Shown: piece by piece, positions 8,855 through 16,474 of the stretch
How the letters are laid out: each line of letters begins with the position of its first letter
Position numbering within the stretch: position 1 is the first letter of the stretch
Assembly (NCBI RefSeq): GCF_047555085.1
Contig: NZ_CP180230.1
Coordinates: 1-32,000 of the forward strand
Length of the DNA stretch: 32,000 nt
Source: Candidatus Saccharimonadota bacterium
GTDB lineage: Archaea; Nanohalarchaeota; Nanosalinia; Nanosalinales; Nanosalinaceae
Direction: 5' to 3'
Notes under the pieces: model-generated
What the model was told of the DNA's origin: nothing
The model's database searches: none
What the model saw: only the letters and a program-made list of their open reading frames with translations
Position numbers and translations under genes: made by a program

Positions 8855-9385
8855 ATGGAACAACAGGTTGAACTAAAGGAAGTCATGACTGAGGGAGTTA
8901 TAGCAGTAGATAAAGACGAAAACATTGTATCAGCCTCCAGAACACTTGAAGAGGAAAATATCAGAGGCCTCGTAGTAGTAGATAACGAAGAGGCCGTTGG
9001 CGTAGTCGTCTGCAGGGATATAGTGTATCAGGTAGTCGCTGAAGGCCGCGATCCAAGAGATACAACTGTAGAAGATATAATGAGCACAGATCTGATCGTC
9101 GCAGAAGAGGATGAACTACTTGACGACGTGGCAATGGCGATGAATCAGAACAAAGTCTCCAGAGTGCCGGTTGTACGTGGAGATATGCTGGTAGGAATCG
9201 TAACACAGTCCGACATCCTCCGTGCATGGCCTGGATTCGCAGAGATCATGAGCGAAGACATCGAGATGGAGGCAGAGGCCTCTGCAAGAAGTATTTCGCG
9301 TTCTGGAGTCTGTGAGGAGTGTGAGAACTACTCCGAGGAGCTTCAGCAGGTTAACGGAAGATGGCTCTGTGAGGAATGCCGTTAA
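8855..9385 (+). CDS. CBS-domain pair protein with C-terminal zinc ribbon
   Basis: 176 aa. There are two CBS-like modules (VMTEGVIAVDKDENIVSASRTLEEENIRGLVVVD and IMSTDLIVAEEDELLDDVAMAMNQNKVSRVPVV). The C-terminus reads CEECEN..(15)..CEEC. Confidence 0.8.
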   Translation: MEQQVELKEVMTEGVIAVDKDENIVSASRTLEEENIRGLVVVDNEEAVGVVVCRDIVYQVVAEGRDPRDTTVEDIMSTDLIVAEEDELLDDVAMAMNQNKVSRVPVVRGDMLVGIVTQSDILRAWPGFAEIMSEDIEMEAEASARSISRSGVCEECENYSEELQQVNGRWLCEECR

Positions 9386-9404
9386 AGCTTCCAGCTACAC
9401 ACCA

Positions 9405-9421
9405 TTTCTTTTTTGATTTTT
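9405..9421 (+). terminator. Oligo-T tract, candidate archaeal terminator after the CBS gene
   Basis: TTTCTTTTTTGATTTTT lies 20 nt downstream of the stop at 9385. Confidence 0.4.
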
Positions 9422-9480
9422 AATTTCTCCTGTATTCATGATAGATAGTTTTTTACAGAACTTTTGACAAGTCCATATAC

Positions 9481-9939
9481 ATGGAGATAATCGAGGAGAT
9501 TGCCCGCCGAAGACAGGAGATAGTAGTCGAGAATCCTGGCAGGGCCTACTCCGAGATCAGGGATCTACTGGAGAACAGGCTTTCGTTCGATGAAGTCTTC
9601 GAGGAGAAGTACTTCAACGACGTCGATGAAGGCCGAATCCGGACAAAAGTTATGCTTATAGAGGGCCAGGACAAGTTCACAGAGGAGATTATAGAACTTT
9701 ATCTGTCGATAGATAAAGAGACAGGAAAAGCAGAGATACAGATGAAAGGAAAGCTGGAGACAGAGTATCCGACTGAGAAAAACTACCAGCAGAGCCTGTG
9801 GTACTACGCATACCGTTCACTTTTTGACAAGTTCATCTACGGTGAAACACGTGGAGGATACGAGGAAGCTGTAGAACACGACCTGGATCACATTCTCAGA
9901 CTTGTAAGAGAGAACCTGGAGGAGGATTTCAATGGTTAA
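9481..9939 (+). CDS. Hypothetical protein, first of three tandem paralogs
   Basis: 152-aa ORF. It shares the blocks NPGRAYSEIRDLLEN and SLWYYAYRSLFDKFIYGE...HDLDHILRLVRENL with the next gene. It overlaps the next ORF by 8 nt. Confidence 0.7.
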   Translation: MEIIEEIARRRQEIVVENPGRAYSEIRDLLENRLSFDEVFEEKYFNDVDEGRIRTKVMLIEGQDKFTEEIIELYLSIDKETGKAEIQMKGKLETEYPTEKNYQQSLWYYAYRSLFDKFIYGETRGGYEEAVEHDLDHILRLVRENLEEDFNG

Positions 9940-10552
9940 GTTCGAGGAACCGCTTCAGAAGAGAAGCGACCACTTCTTTGTCAAGGAAGATCCTGTAAGA
10001 ATTTACAGAGGCCTCAGAGATATACTTGTAAACGAGTTCGATGTCGACAGGATCGAAAAAGGGAAAAACGAGTTCAATGTTTCAAAGCCGAAGGACAGGC
10101 TGCGTCTGCACGCTTTCAAGGAAAAATCAACGCACACAGTGATTCACTGGCGTCTTTCGTGGAAGGCAAAAGCACCTAAAGATATTTACAAGATGGACAG
10201 GCCTGACGATATCCTCAAGGCCCGTGTTCAGACAAGCGGGGAAGTTGTAACTGTTTATCCGGGAGCTAATTCGATGCCGGTAATCCCAAAAAAGAAGATG
10301 GAGTATCCTCAGTCCCGCATCGATAATTCAGGCCTTCAGGCCGAGGAGAAAACTGCTTTCCAGCGGTCAAAGCTTTACAAAATCATGGTAGGCATCTGGT
10401 ACAACAAGTTTTACTCAAAGGAGATCGAGAAGTACGAGGAGGAAGGAGATGAGACGATTATCCATCTTCACAACTTGATGCGTGAAAAATTCGGTGTGGA
10501 GCCGGGGATTGCCAAGACAGGGGCCTCGGAGTTCACACCGCCGTGGAGATGA
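9932..10552 (+). CDS. Hypothetical protein, second tandem paralog
   Basis: 206-aa ORF. The blocks DPVRIYRGLRDILVN and SKLYKIMVGIWYNKFYSKE...ETIIHLHNLMREKF align with the upstream gene. It is tightly coupled to both neighbours. Confidence 0.7.
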   Translation: MVKFEEPLQKRSDHFFVKEDPVRIYRGLRDILVNEFDVDRIEKGKNEFNVSKPKDRLRLHAFKEKSTHTVIHWRLSWKAKAPKDIYKMDRPDDILKARVQTSGEVVTVYPGANSMPVIPKKKMEYPQSRIDNSGLQAEEKTAFQRSKLYKIMVGIWYNKFYSKEIEKYEEEGDETIIHLHNLMREKFGVEPGIAKTGASEFTPPWR

Positions 10553-10558
10553 TGATTT

Positions 10559-11299
10559 ATGTCCGATGATGATTCAGCTGATACTGATTTCCTGAAAAAG
10601 ATAATGAATTTTGGCAGCGGTGATGACAGCGATGAGCCAGGTTTTCTGGGCAAGATGGCCTGCTGGTTCCATTTCCCGGGAACTACTACATCTGATTGGG
10701 AAGAGCATCATTTCCACGAGATTGATGATATCTGGCATCACGAAGAGATTTTCTCAGGAGACAAATTCCTGATTGAAAACGCAACTGAATGGTACGAGAG
10801 CCCGAACGTCCCTACCATCTACGCTGATCACAAGTACATATTCAACAACAACATGAACATCTCCAAGCCATTCGAGAAATACTACGAACAAAACGTCGAT
10901 ACCGGCGAATTTGCCTCTGTGATGGAGGCCTATGACGGTCTTCCAAGCGGGAGAGGAGAGCTTACTCTGGAGACGAACATAAGTACTAAGAGTCCACCCA
11001 GCGGTGAGAACGACTTTGCCATGGTGGATTACAGCGTAGAACTCTATGTTGAGTATGATTTACCGGGAGGCATAAGCTTTCTGCCCCGGATTCTTGCACA
11101 TCCTTTGAACAAGCTTTTCCGCCATTACTTCATCAAGTATATCGGCGAGGAAATGCTGGAGTACGATATCGAATACGCCCGGGAAAGAATGATAGAGTAC
11201 TACGACTACATCAGGAAGTACCACGGAGAGGAGCCTGTACAGACACGTACAAGGCGTGAAAGCTTCGAACCTATCGATGAGGAAACTTTCTTCGACTAG
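10559..11299 (+). CDS. Hypothetical protein, probable third and more divergent paralog
   Basis: 246-aa ORF starting 6 nt after the previous stop. Its C-terminal block LPRILAHPLNKLFRHYFIKYIGEE...ARERMIEYYDYIRKYH follows the same pattern as the two upstream genes. Confidence 0.65.
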   Translation: MSDDDSADTDFLKKIMNFGSGDDSDEPGFLGKMACWFHFPGTTTSDWEEHHFHEIDDIWHHEEIFSGDKFLIENATEWYESPNVPTIYADHKYIFNNNMNISKPFEKYYEQNVDTGEFASVMEAYDGLPSGRGELTLETNISTKSPPSGENDFAMVDYSVELYVEYDLPGGISFLPRILAHPLNKLFRHYFIKYIGEEMLEYDIEYARERMIEYYDYIRKYHGEEPVQTRTRRESFEPIDEETFFD

Positions 11300-11339
11300 A
11301 GGCCACCGTTTTAACTTTCGCCCTACAGTTACAGTACCA

Positions 11340-11417
11340 GGCTGCCCTCAAGTCAGCAGGCATGAATGAGGCCCTTCACCGGTAGCCTCTATGATTGCTC
11401 TGTGTTAAAGGGCAGCC
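11340..11417. ncRNA. Candidate structured RNA or regulatory hairpin (unclassified)
   Basis: A perfect 9-bp closing stem GGCTGCCCT (11340-11348) / AGGGCAGCC (11409-11417) encloses inner helices AGCAG/TTGCT and GAGGC/GCCTC. It sits in a 142-nt ORF-free gap. No family was recognised. Confidence 0.15.
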
Positions 11418-11441
11418 AAATACTACAGAGGCCATCTACAG

Positions 11442-11690
11442 ATGACAGAGATCTACGTAAAAGTCAGGCCTGATTCAGAAGAAATCAGTGTAGACACGTC
11501 TTCGGCGATAGTGCAGATCGACTTGACTGAGCCTGCTGAGAACGGCAGGGCGAACAGTCAACTCTTGCAGCTTATCCATGAAAGGACCGGTGAAGAGGCC
11601 GCTATAGTTTCAGGCCACAGATCCAGAAGGAAGAAGATCAAGTTCCAGATCAAAGAGGAAAGTTTCAGACAAAAGCTTCAAGGTGAATAA
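11442..11690 (+). CDS. DUF167 (YggU-like) family protein
   Basis: 82 aa. The pattern VKVRPDS...VQIDLTEPAENGRANSQLLQLI...AIVSGHRSRRKKIKF matches the conserved core of DUF167/UPF0235 proteins. Confidence 0.75.
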   Translation: MTEIYVKVRPDSEEISVDTSSAIVQIDLTEPAENGRANSQLLQLIHERTGEEAAIVSGHRSRRKKIKFQIKEESFRQKLQGE

Positions 11691-11696
11691 ATAAGA

Positions 11697-12818
11697 ATGG
11701 GAAAAGTATCACAGAACTCCGCGAACTACATGATAAAGGCAAAGCTGAACTCCAGCGGCATAATTGAAAAATCAGACGTTGTAGGAGCGGTATTCGGCCA
11801 GACTGAAGGCCTACTGGGGGAAGACCTTGATCTCAGAGAACTGAGAAACAAAGGGAAGGTAGGACGTATAGAAGTTGACCTGAAAAAGAACTCTGGATCG
11901 ACGGAGGGAACTATCGAGATCGCAACTTCTCTTGATGCCACTGATACATCTATTCTAGCGGCCTCTCTTGAGACTATCGAAAAGATCGGGCCTACACGGG
12001 CAGATATACGTGTAGAAGAAGTTTCCGATGTACGTTCTTCAAAGCGGGATTACATAATCAAGAGATCGAAGCAGATACTGAAGGATATCCGCAGCGAGAA
12101 TCCGGATATGAACAAGATAAAAGAGGAAGTCAAGCACGAAGTCCGTGAATCCGAAATAGTTAACTTCAGAGGCTTCCCGGCAGGCCCGGATATCTACTTC
12201 TCGGATGAAGTTATACTGGTAGAAGGCCAGGCCGACGTCAAAAATCTCGTCAAACACGGAGTCAAGAACGCACTCGCCCTCGGCGGCACATCAGTTCCGG
12301 ATAAGATACCAGAAGTAACGGAAGATAAGGAAGTAACAGCTTTCCTCGACGGCGACAGAGGAGGAGATCTGATCCTTGAAGAACTCAGAGACCGGATGGA
12401 AGTGGACTATGTTGTCAGAGCTCCTGAGGGAAAAGAAGTTGAAGAACTTGATGAAAGACAGACCTTCGAGGCCCTAAGAGATAAAGAAGACTCCCAGTAC
12501 GTAGAAGAGACAGAATCAGATGAGGAACAAGTTGCAGAAGAAGATCTAGAGGCCTTCAACGAGATTATGAATGAGCTTGTCGCTACAAGAGCACTCAACG
12601 TCGTAGATGAAGATTATGAAGTTACGGACAGGATGCCTGTTGATAAGAAGGATGGAGTCGATGCAGAACAGGCCTACGCAGTACTGGCAGATGATACAGT
12701 CGACAGCGATCTAGTGAATCTTGCCGAACAGCTTGAAGCCCAGTACGTCATCGGAAGAGACAAGACGGCTACAGTGAACTCTTCAGAAGTAAAGATAATT
12801 ACGGAAGAAGATATGTAG
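11697..12818 (+). CDS. dnaG: Archaeal DnaG (Toprim-domain primase/exosome-associated protein)
   Basis: 373 aa. It carries the N-terminal signature SDVVGAVFGQTEGLLGEDLDLRELRNKGKVGRIEV and the Toprim motifs LVEGQADV and DGDRGGDL. Confidence 0.9.
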   Translation: MGKVSQNSANYMIKAKLNSSGIIEKSDVVGAVFGQTEGLLGEDLDLRELRNKGKVGRIEVDLKKNSGSTEGTIEIATSLDATDTSILAASLETIEKIGPTRADIRVEEVSDVRSSKRDYIIKRSKQILKDIRSENPDMNKIKEEVKHEVRESEIVNFRGFPAGPDIYFSDEVILVEGQADVKNLVKHGVKNALALGGTSVPDKIPEVTEDKEVTAFLDGDRGGDLILEELRDRMEVDYVVRAPEGKEVEELDERQTFEALRDKEDSQYVEETESDEEQVAEEDLEAFNEIMNELVATRALNVVDEDYEVTDRMPVDKKDGVDAEQAYAVLADDTVDSDLVNLAEQLEAQYVIGRDKTATVNSSEVKIITEEDM

Positions 12819-12835
12819 AAAATTTTTCTGGAGAT

Positions 12836-13924
12836 CTACTCCTGATAAACTTTCTGTGAGATAGTAACTACGGCCTCAGAAAGTTCTTTCACATCTTTAC
12901 GCAGTTCCTTGACTTCATTATCAAGAGCTTTCCTGTGGATTTCTTCACTGGCGCTTATAGAGGCCTCTTCATCCTCAGAACTTGAGATCTGGGATTTGAT
13001 TTCTGAGATCTCGCTCTCCAGTTCCTCAAGTCTCTCGGCCGTGTCTATTCCTTCTACCTTGATTCCTTCCTCACTGCTGTCGGTTTCTATACGTGACTCA
13101 AGATCTTCAACTTTTTGCTCAACTTCCTCAAGCCTGTTATCTGCTTCCTCGGCAAGATCAAGCTGGCTACTCTCTATCTCGCTCAATCTACCGTCCAGAT
13201 CTTCAATATCGTCCTGTATATCTTCTTTGAATTCCTCAAAATCCTCTTCATCCATATCAAGGCCCAGATCCTCTGCATCAAAGTCGAGTTTATCTGCTAT
13301 CTCCTCGAATCTTTCCACTGCCTCATCCAGACTCTCATCCTCGAGCTCTTCATCTTCAGATTCTTCTTCAGTATCTCTTTCCTGCTCCACTTCATCTATC
13401 TCTCCTTTAATAGATCTTATATTCTCTTCAAGACTGTCTGAAAGCTCATCTCCAGATCTTTCGACATCATTATCATTAGAAGCTTCCCCTGTCTCTATCA
13501 GACGCCCTTTCTTTGCTTTAGCGTCGCCAAAATCCGGAGTTTGCCTGGATTCAGTATCTGTCTGTCCTGAAAAACTGTTGTCCGATATATTTTCGCCTTC
13601 TTCAGGATTTTCTCCGGACTCTCCTGAATCAAGGCCTAGATCATCTTCGCTGAGGCCTCTCTGAGTTCCTCCGGCATCCTGGCTTTCCTGTGATCCGAAT
13701 TCGTTTCCTTTTTCTACTTCTGTTGCCTTTCTCCATTCGCTGCTGGAGCCCGAGAACTTTTCGTCCTGTTCAAAAGCTTTTTTGGAGCGTGACTTGTGCA
13801 TCTCGGCGATATCCCTGTCTCCGTCTCCGGGCTGCGATCTATCGAGATTTGCCTTCCCCGCTATGTTGCTGAAATCATTCTCTTTATCTTTATCCGAACT
13901 GCCGAGAAACGGGATGTTAACCAT
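12836..13924 (-). CDS. Highly acidic coiled-coil protein, unknown function
   Basis: 362-aa ORF, extremely rich in E, D and S. The C-terminal half has heptad-like E/L/I periodicity. There is no TM segment or signal peptide. The Ser-rich ORF on the opposite strand is a mirror artefact. Confidence 0.7.
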   Translation of the reverse strand: MVNIPFLGSSDKDKENDFSNIAGKANLDRSQPGDGDRDIAEMHKSRSKKAFEQDEKFSGSSSEWRKATEVEKGNEFGSQESQDAGGTQRGLSEDDLGLDSGESGENPEEGENISDNSFSGQTDTESRQTPDFGDAKAKKGRLIETGEASNDNDVERSGDELSDSLEENIRSIKGEIDEVEQERDTEEESEDEELEDESLDEAVERFEEIADKLDFDAEDLGLDMDEEDFEEFKEDIQDDIEDLDGRLSEIESSQLDLAEEADNRLEEVEQKVEDLESRIETDSSEEGIKVEGIDTAERLEELESEISEIKSQISSSEDEEASISASEEIHRKALDNEVKELRKDVKELSEAVVTISQKVYQE

Positions 13925-14046
13925 TTGCCAAAGTCACCTGTAGAAAATATGGGGCAGACCTGAATAAAAATGTAGATGATGCGACCGGATGGAAACAGTA
14001 AAAATGCTTCAGCAGAAAATCCCTAATCAGAGGCCTCGAAAAACAG

Positions 14047-14901
14047 ATGAGCATCACAGGATTTCTCTGGAAATATGTAGCAGGTCCGATAGTAGCTGAC
14101 GCTCAGAACGTTGAATCGCTCACGTGGAACGGAGCAACAGCAGCCACAGGATATAACTCTGTAAACACGGTTCTGTACGCTCTAGTTGCCACAGCGATAA
14201 TATACGGAGTCTACAGAGGCTTCAGGAGGTACAACGTCGAATTCACGATGGAAAAAGTGCTTTACTCGCTTCCATTCATACTTCTTGGAGGCCTCATGAG
14301 ATTCGTTGAAGACACAGGAGTCATAGATTATCCGCTCTCTATAATACTCATAACTCCTATACTACACTTTGCTATACTGGGCCTCTACACGGCGACACTG
14401 GCTTCTGCAAGGAAGCTTGAAGGCCTGAAAAATCTGACTGAAAATCAGCTGATGCTTTACACAGGTTCAGCGATACTTCTCCCGGCTGTAATCTTCACAC
14501 TCAACTTTTTCAGCGGCATAGACTTCCGTATAGATCTGCTTCTGACAGCTTTCGCAATCCCGATAATCGTTACAGCAGTATACAGATTCTTGGTGGCTGA
14601 TACAGAACTTGACAACCCTGGATATCATCTTATTGTATTCAGTCAGCTTTTCGGCGGCGCTTCTAGCATGCTGGCAGTTACACAGGGATACGAACAGAAA
14701 CAGCTACTTACACAGGCCTTCACATCCATATTCGGTGTTTCGGGTATTCTGATCGCCAAGACGCTTCTTGCAGCCCTCGTAATATATGCTCTTCTCGATG
14801 TGGAAGAGGAAGAGTTCCAGGCCCTAGCCGTACTTGTTCTTGCCGTTGTAGGCCTCGCCACAGGAATCAGAGTTTTACTGAGGATGCTGGCAGGGATATA
14901 G
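14047..14901 (+). CDS. Polytopic membrane protein, DUF63-like
   Basis: 284 aa with about 7 hydrophobic segments. The N-terminal stretch WKYVAGPIV...GYNSVNTVLYALVATAIIYGVYR resembles the archaeal DUF63 family. The assignment is from memory. Confidence 0.55.
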   Translation: MSITGFLWKYVAGPIVADAQNVESLTWNGATAATGYNSVNTVLYALVATAIIYGVYRGFRRYNVEFTMEKVLYSLPFILLGGLMRFVEDTGVIDYPLSIILITPILHFAILGLYTATLASARKLEGLKNLTENQLMLYTGSAILLPAVIFTLNFFSGIDFRIDLLLTAFAIPIIVTAVYRFLVADTELDNPGYHLIVFSQLFGGASSMLAVTQGYEQKQLLTQAFTSIFGVSGILIAKTLLAALVIYALLDVEEEEFQALAVLVLAVVGLATGIRVLLRMLAGI

Positions 14902-14940
14902 GAAAATGTTCAAAAACAATGCCGTGTAATACAATGTATT

Positions 14941-15825
14941 ATGGCCTTTCTGTGCATAGATATAGGAGGAACAAATACGATAGTAGGAGTAGGAAACGGA
15001 GATTTTGAATCTGTAGCAAAGTACAGCACCGGCGAATTCGTCGAAAATGTCCGTGAAATGATAGATGAGGCCTTAAAGCCGTCACACATCCAGCAGGAAG
15101 ACATAGAACAGGTGGCTGTCGCAGCAGCAGGCCCTATCGACAGGGAGAAAATGGTTTTCTATCCTCCAAACGTTTCAGACAAGCAGGGCCTCGAAAAAAT
15201 CAATCTGGAAAAAGCACTGGCAGGCCTGGGCGAAATAACGATAATAAACGACTGTACATCAGCGGTACTTGGAGAGTACCACTATGGAGGGCATAAAACA
15301 GATAATCTTGTCTATGTAACTATTTCATCTGGCATAGGGGCAGGAGCGATCATTCAGGGACAGTTAATTGAAGGAAAAGACGGAAATTTTGCAGAAGTAG
15401 GGCATATGGAGATAAGCACAGAACTGGAATGCGGATGCGGAGGCCAGGGGCACTGGGAGGCCTATGCTTCAGGTGAAAATCTTCCAAAGATGGCAGATCA
15501 GCTTTTTGACCTGAAATACGATAACGCAGTCGAAATATTCGAACAGTACAACAGAGGAGACAGCCAGGCCCAGAAAGTCATCTCACAGATGCAGGAAGCC
15601 AATATACAGGGATTATCAAACGTTGCAACGCTCTACGATCCCGATAAAATAGTTCTGGGCGGAGCAGTAGCACTGAACCATCCCGAAACAGTAGTAGAGC
15701 CTCTTGAAGAAAGAGTTGAGGAAAGATCTGTTAACTCAACTCCTGAAGTAGATCTCTGCAGTCTCGGAGAAAAATCCGTTATACACGGCCTCAGAGCCGT
15801 ATGTAACGGAAAACACAGTAACTGA
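14941..15825 (+). CDS. ROK-family sugar kinase (glucokinase-like)
   Basis: 294 aa. It has the ATP-binding start CIDIGGTNT and the ROK zinc/signature region GHMEISTELECGCGGQGHWEAYASG. Confidence 0.85.
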   Translation: MAFLCIDIGGTNTIVGVGNGDFESVAKYSTGEFVENVREMIDEALKPSHIQQEDIEQVAVAAAGPIDREKMVFYPPNVSDKQGLEKINLEKALAGLGEITIINDCTSAVLGEYHYGGHKTDNLVYVTISSGIGAGAIIQGQLIEGKDGNFAEVGHMEISTELECGCGGQGHWEAYASGENLPKMADQLFDLKYDNAVEIFEQYNRGDSQAQKVISQMQEANIQGLSNVATLYDPDKIVLGGAVALNHPETVVEPLEERVEERSVNSTPEVDLCSLGEKSVIHGLRAVCNGKHSN

Positions 15826-15864
15826 AGTAAAAAAGTTGAGAGGCCTTTCTCGAGGCCTGAAAAT

Positions 15865-16317
15865 TTATTCTTTGACGTCTGCTACATCGCCCAGTGTGGC
15901 GCTTCTGTCGTCTCCGGAGTCCTGATCGACGTCGGATACTTCGGGATTGACATACAGATCGATGCCGAATTTCTTTCCGATCTTTGAGGCCAGAGATTTT
16001 TCTGGCTTCAGATCCTGGCTCTCGATTTTCTTGATCACGGACTCTTTTTCGTTCAGGCTGTCAGCGACTTCGCTGATTGAAAGTTTCTCTTTTTCACGGG
16101 CCTGCTTGATCTTTTCTCCGTAGTTGGAGTCAAGTACTTTTGTCTTCCGGCTGCTTGAACTGGTGCTTCGGCTTTTCTTCTTTTTACGCTTCTTGGAGGT
16201 TGTTTCAACTGTTTCCCCCATTTCAGCACATGAGTCACAGACGTTTAGTGTAGCTCCTTCGATTTTAGCTTTTTTGAGAGAATCCTGTTCTCTACCACAA
16301 AGTTCACAAGATGACAT
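15865..16317 (-). CDS. Archaeal MBF1-type transcription factor (zinc ribbon plus HTH)
   Basis: 150 aa. It has an N-terminal CELCG..(17)..CDSC zinc ribbon, a KKRKKKKSR basic linker and a C-terminal XRE-type HTH (IKQAREKEKLSISEVADSLNEKESVIKKIE). Confidence 0.85.
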   Translation of the reverse strand: MSSCELCGREQDSLKKAKIEGATLNVCDSCAEMGETVETTSKKRKKKKSRSTSSSSRKTKVLDSNYGEKIKQAREKEKLSISEVADSLNEKESVIKKIESQDLKPEKSLASKIGKKFGIDLYVNPEVSDVDQDSGDDRSATLGDVADVKE

Positions 16318-16443
16318 TTTCAGTTCACAAATCCTTTTTTGATTAAATTTCTGCTGTAGATCAAAATTTTTCTGTAGAAGACAATTGTACTCGAAACATT
16401 AAAATACCTCGCAAAACAGGCCTCTGAAAAATCCGCCAAGAAG

Positions 16444-16449
16444 TTTAAA
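16444..16449 (+). promoter_or_regulatory. TATA-box-like element for LamG gene 16475
   Basis: TTTAAA, within AAGTTTAAACAC, lies about 26 nt upstream of the ATG. Confidence 0.35.
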
Positions 16450-16474
16450 CACAGGCCTCCAAAACAGAAACAGG

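Noticed and set aside
11300-11441. Possible tRNA, split tRNA or C/D-box sRNA in the spacer before the DUF167 gene
   Set aside because: The 9-bp closing stem is too long for an acceptor stem. There is no D-arm pairing after it and no GTTC(G/A)A T-loop motif. The ATGAATGA and TATGATTG strings are imperfect C boxes, and no CTGA D box sits at the right spacing. I kept it only as an unclassified structure.
12909-13664. 251-aa Ser-rich ORF on the plus strand, and a 108-aa ORF at 13115-13441
   Set aside because: These are the mirror image of the Glu/Asp-rich minus-strand gene 12836-13924. GAA/GAG/GAT repeats read as Ser/Leu/Phe on the opposite strand. The composition is low-complexity, there is no promoter context, and they are fully nested in the longer ORF.
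13925-14046. GATGATGC string suggesting a C/D-box sRNA in the 122-nt spacer
   Set aside because: There is no properly spaced D or D' box (CUGA) on the same strand. On the opposite strand the box order is wrong. The spacer is more simply explained as two divergent promoters.
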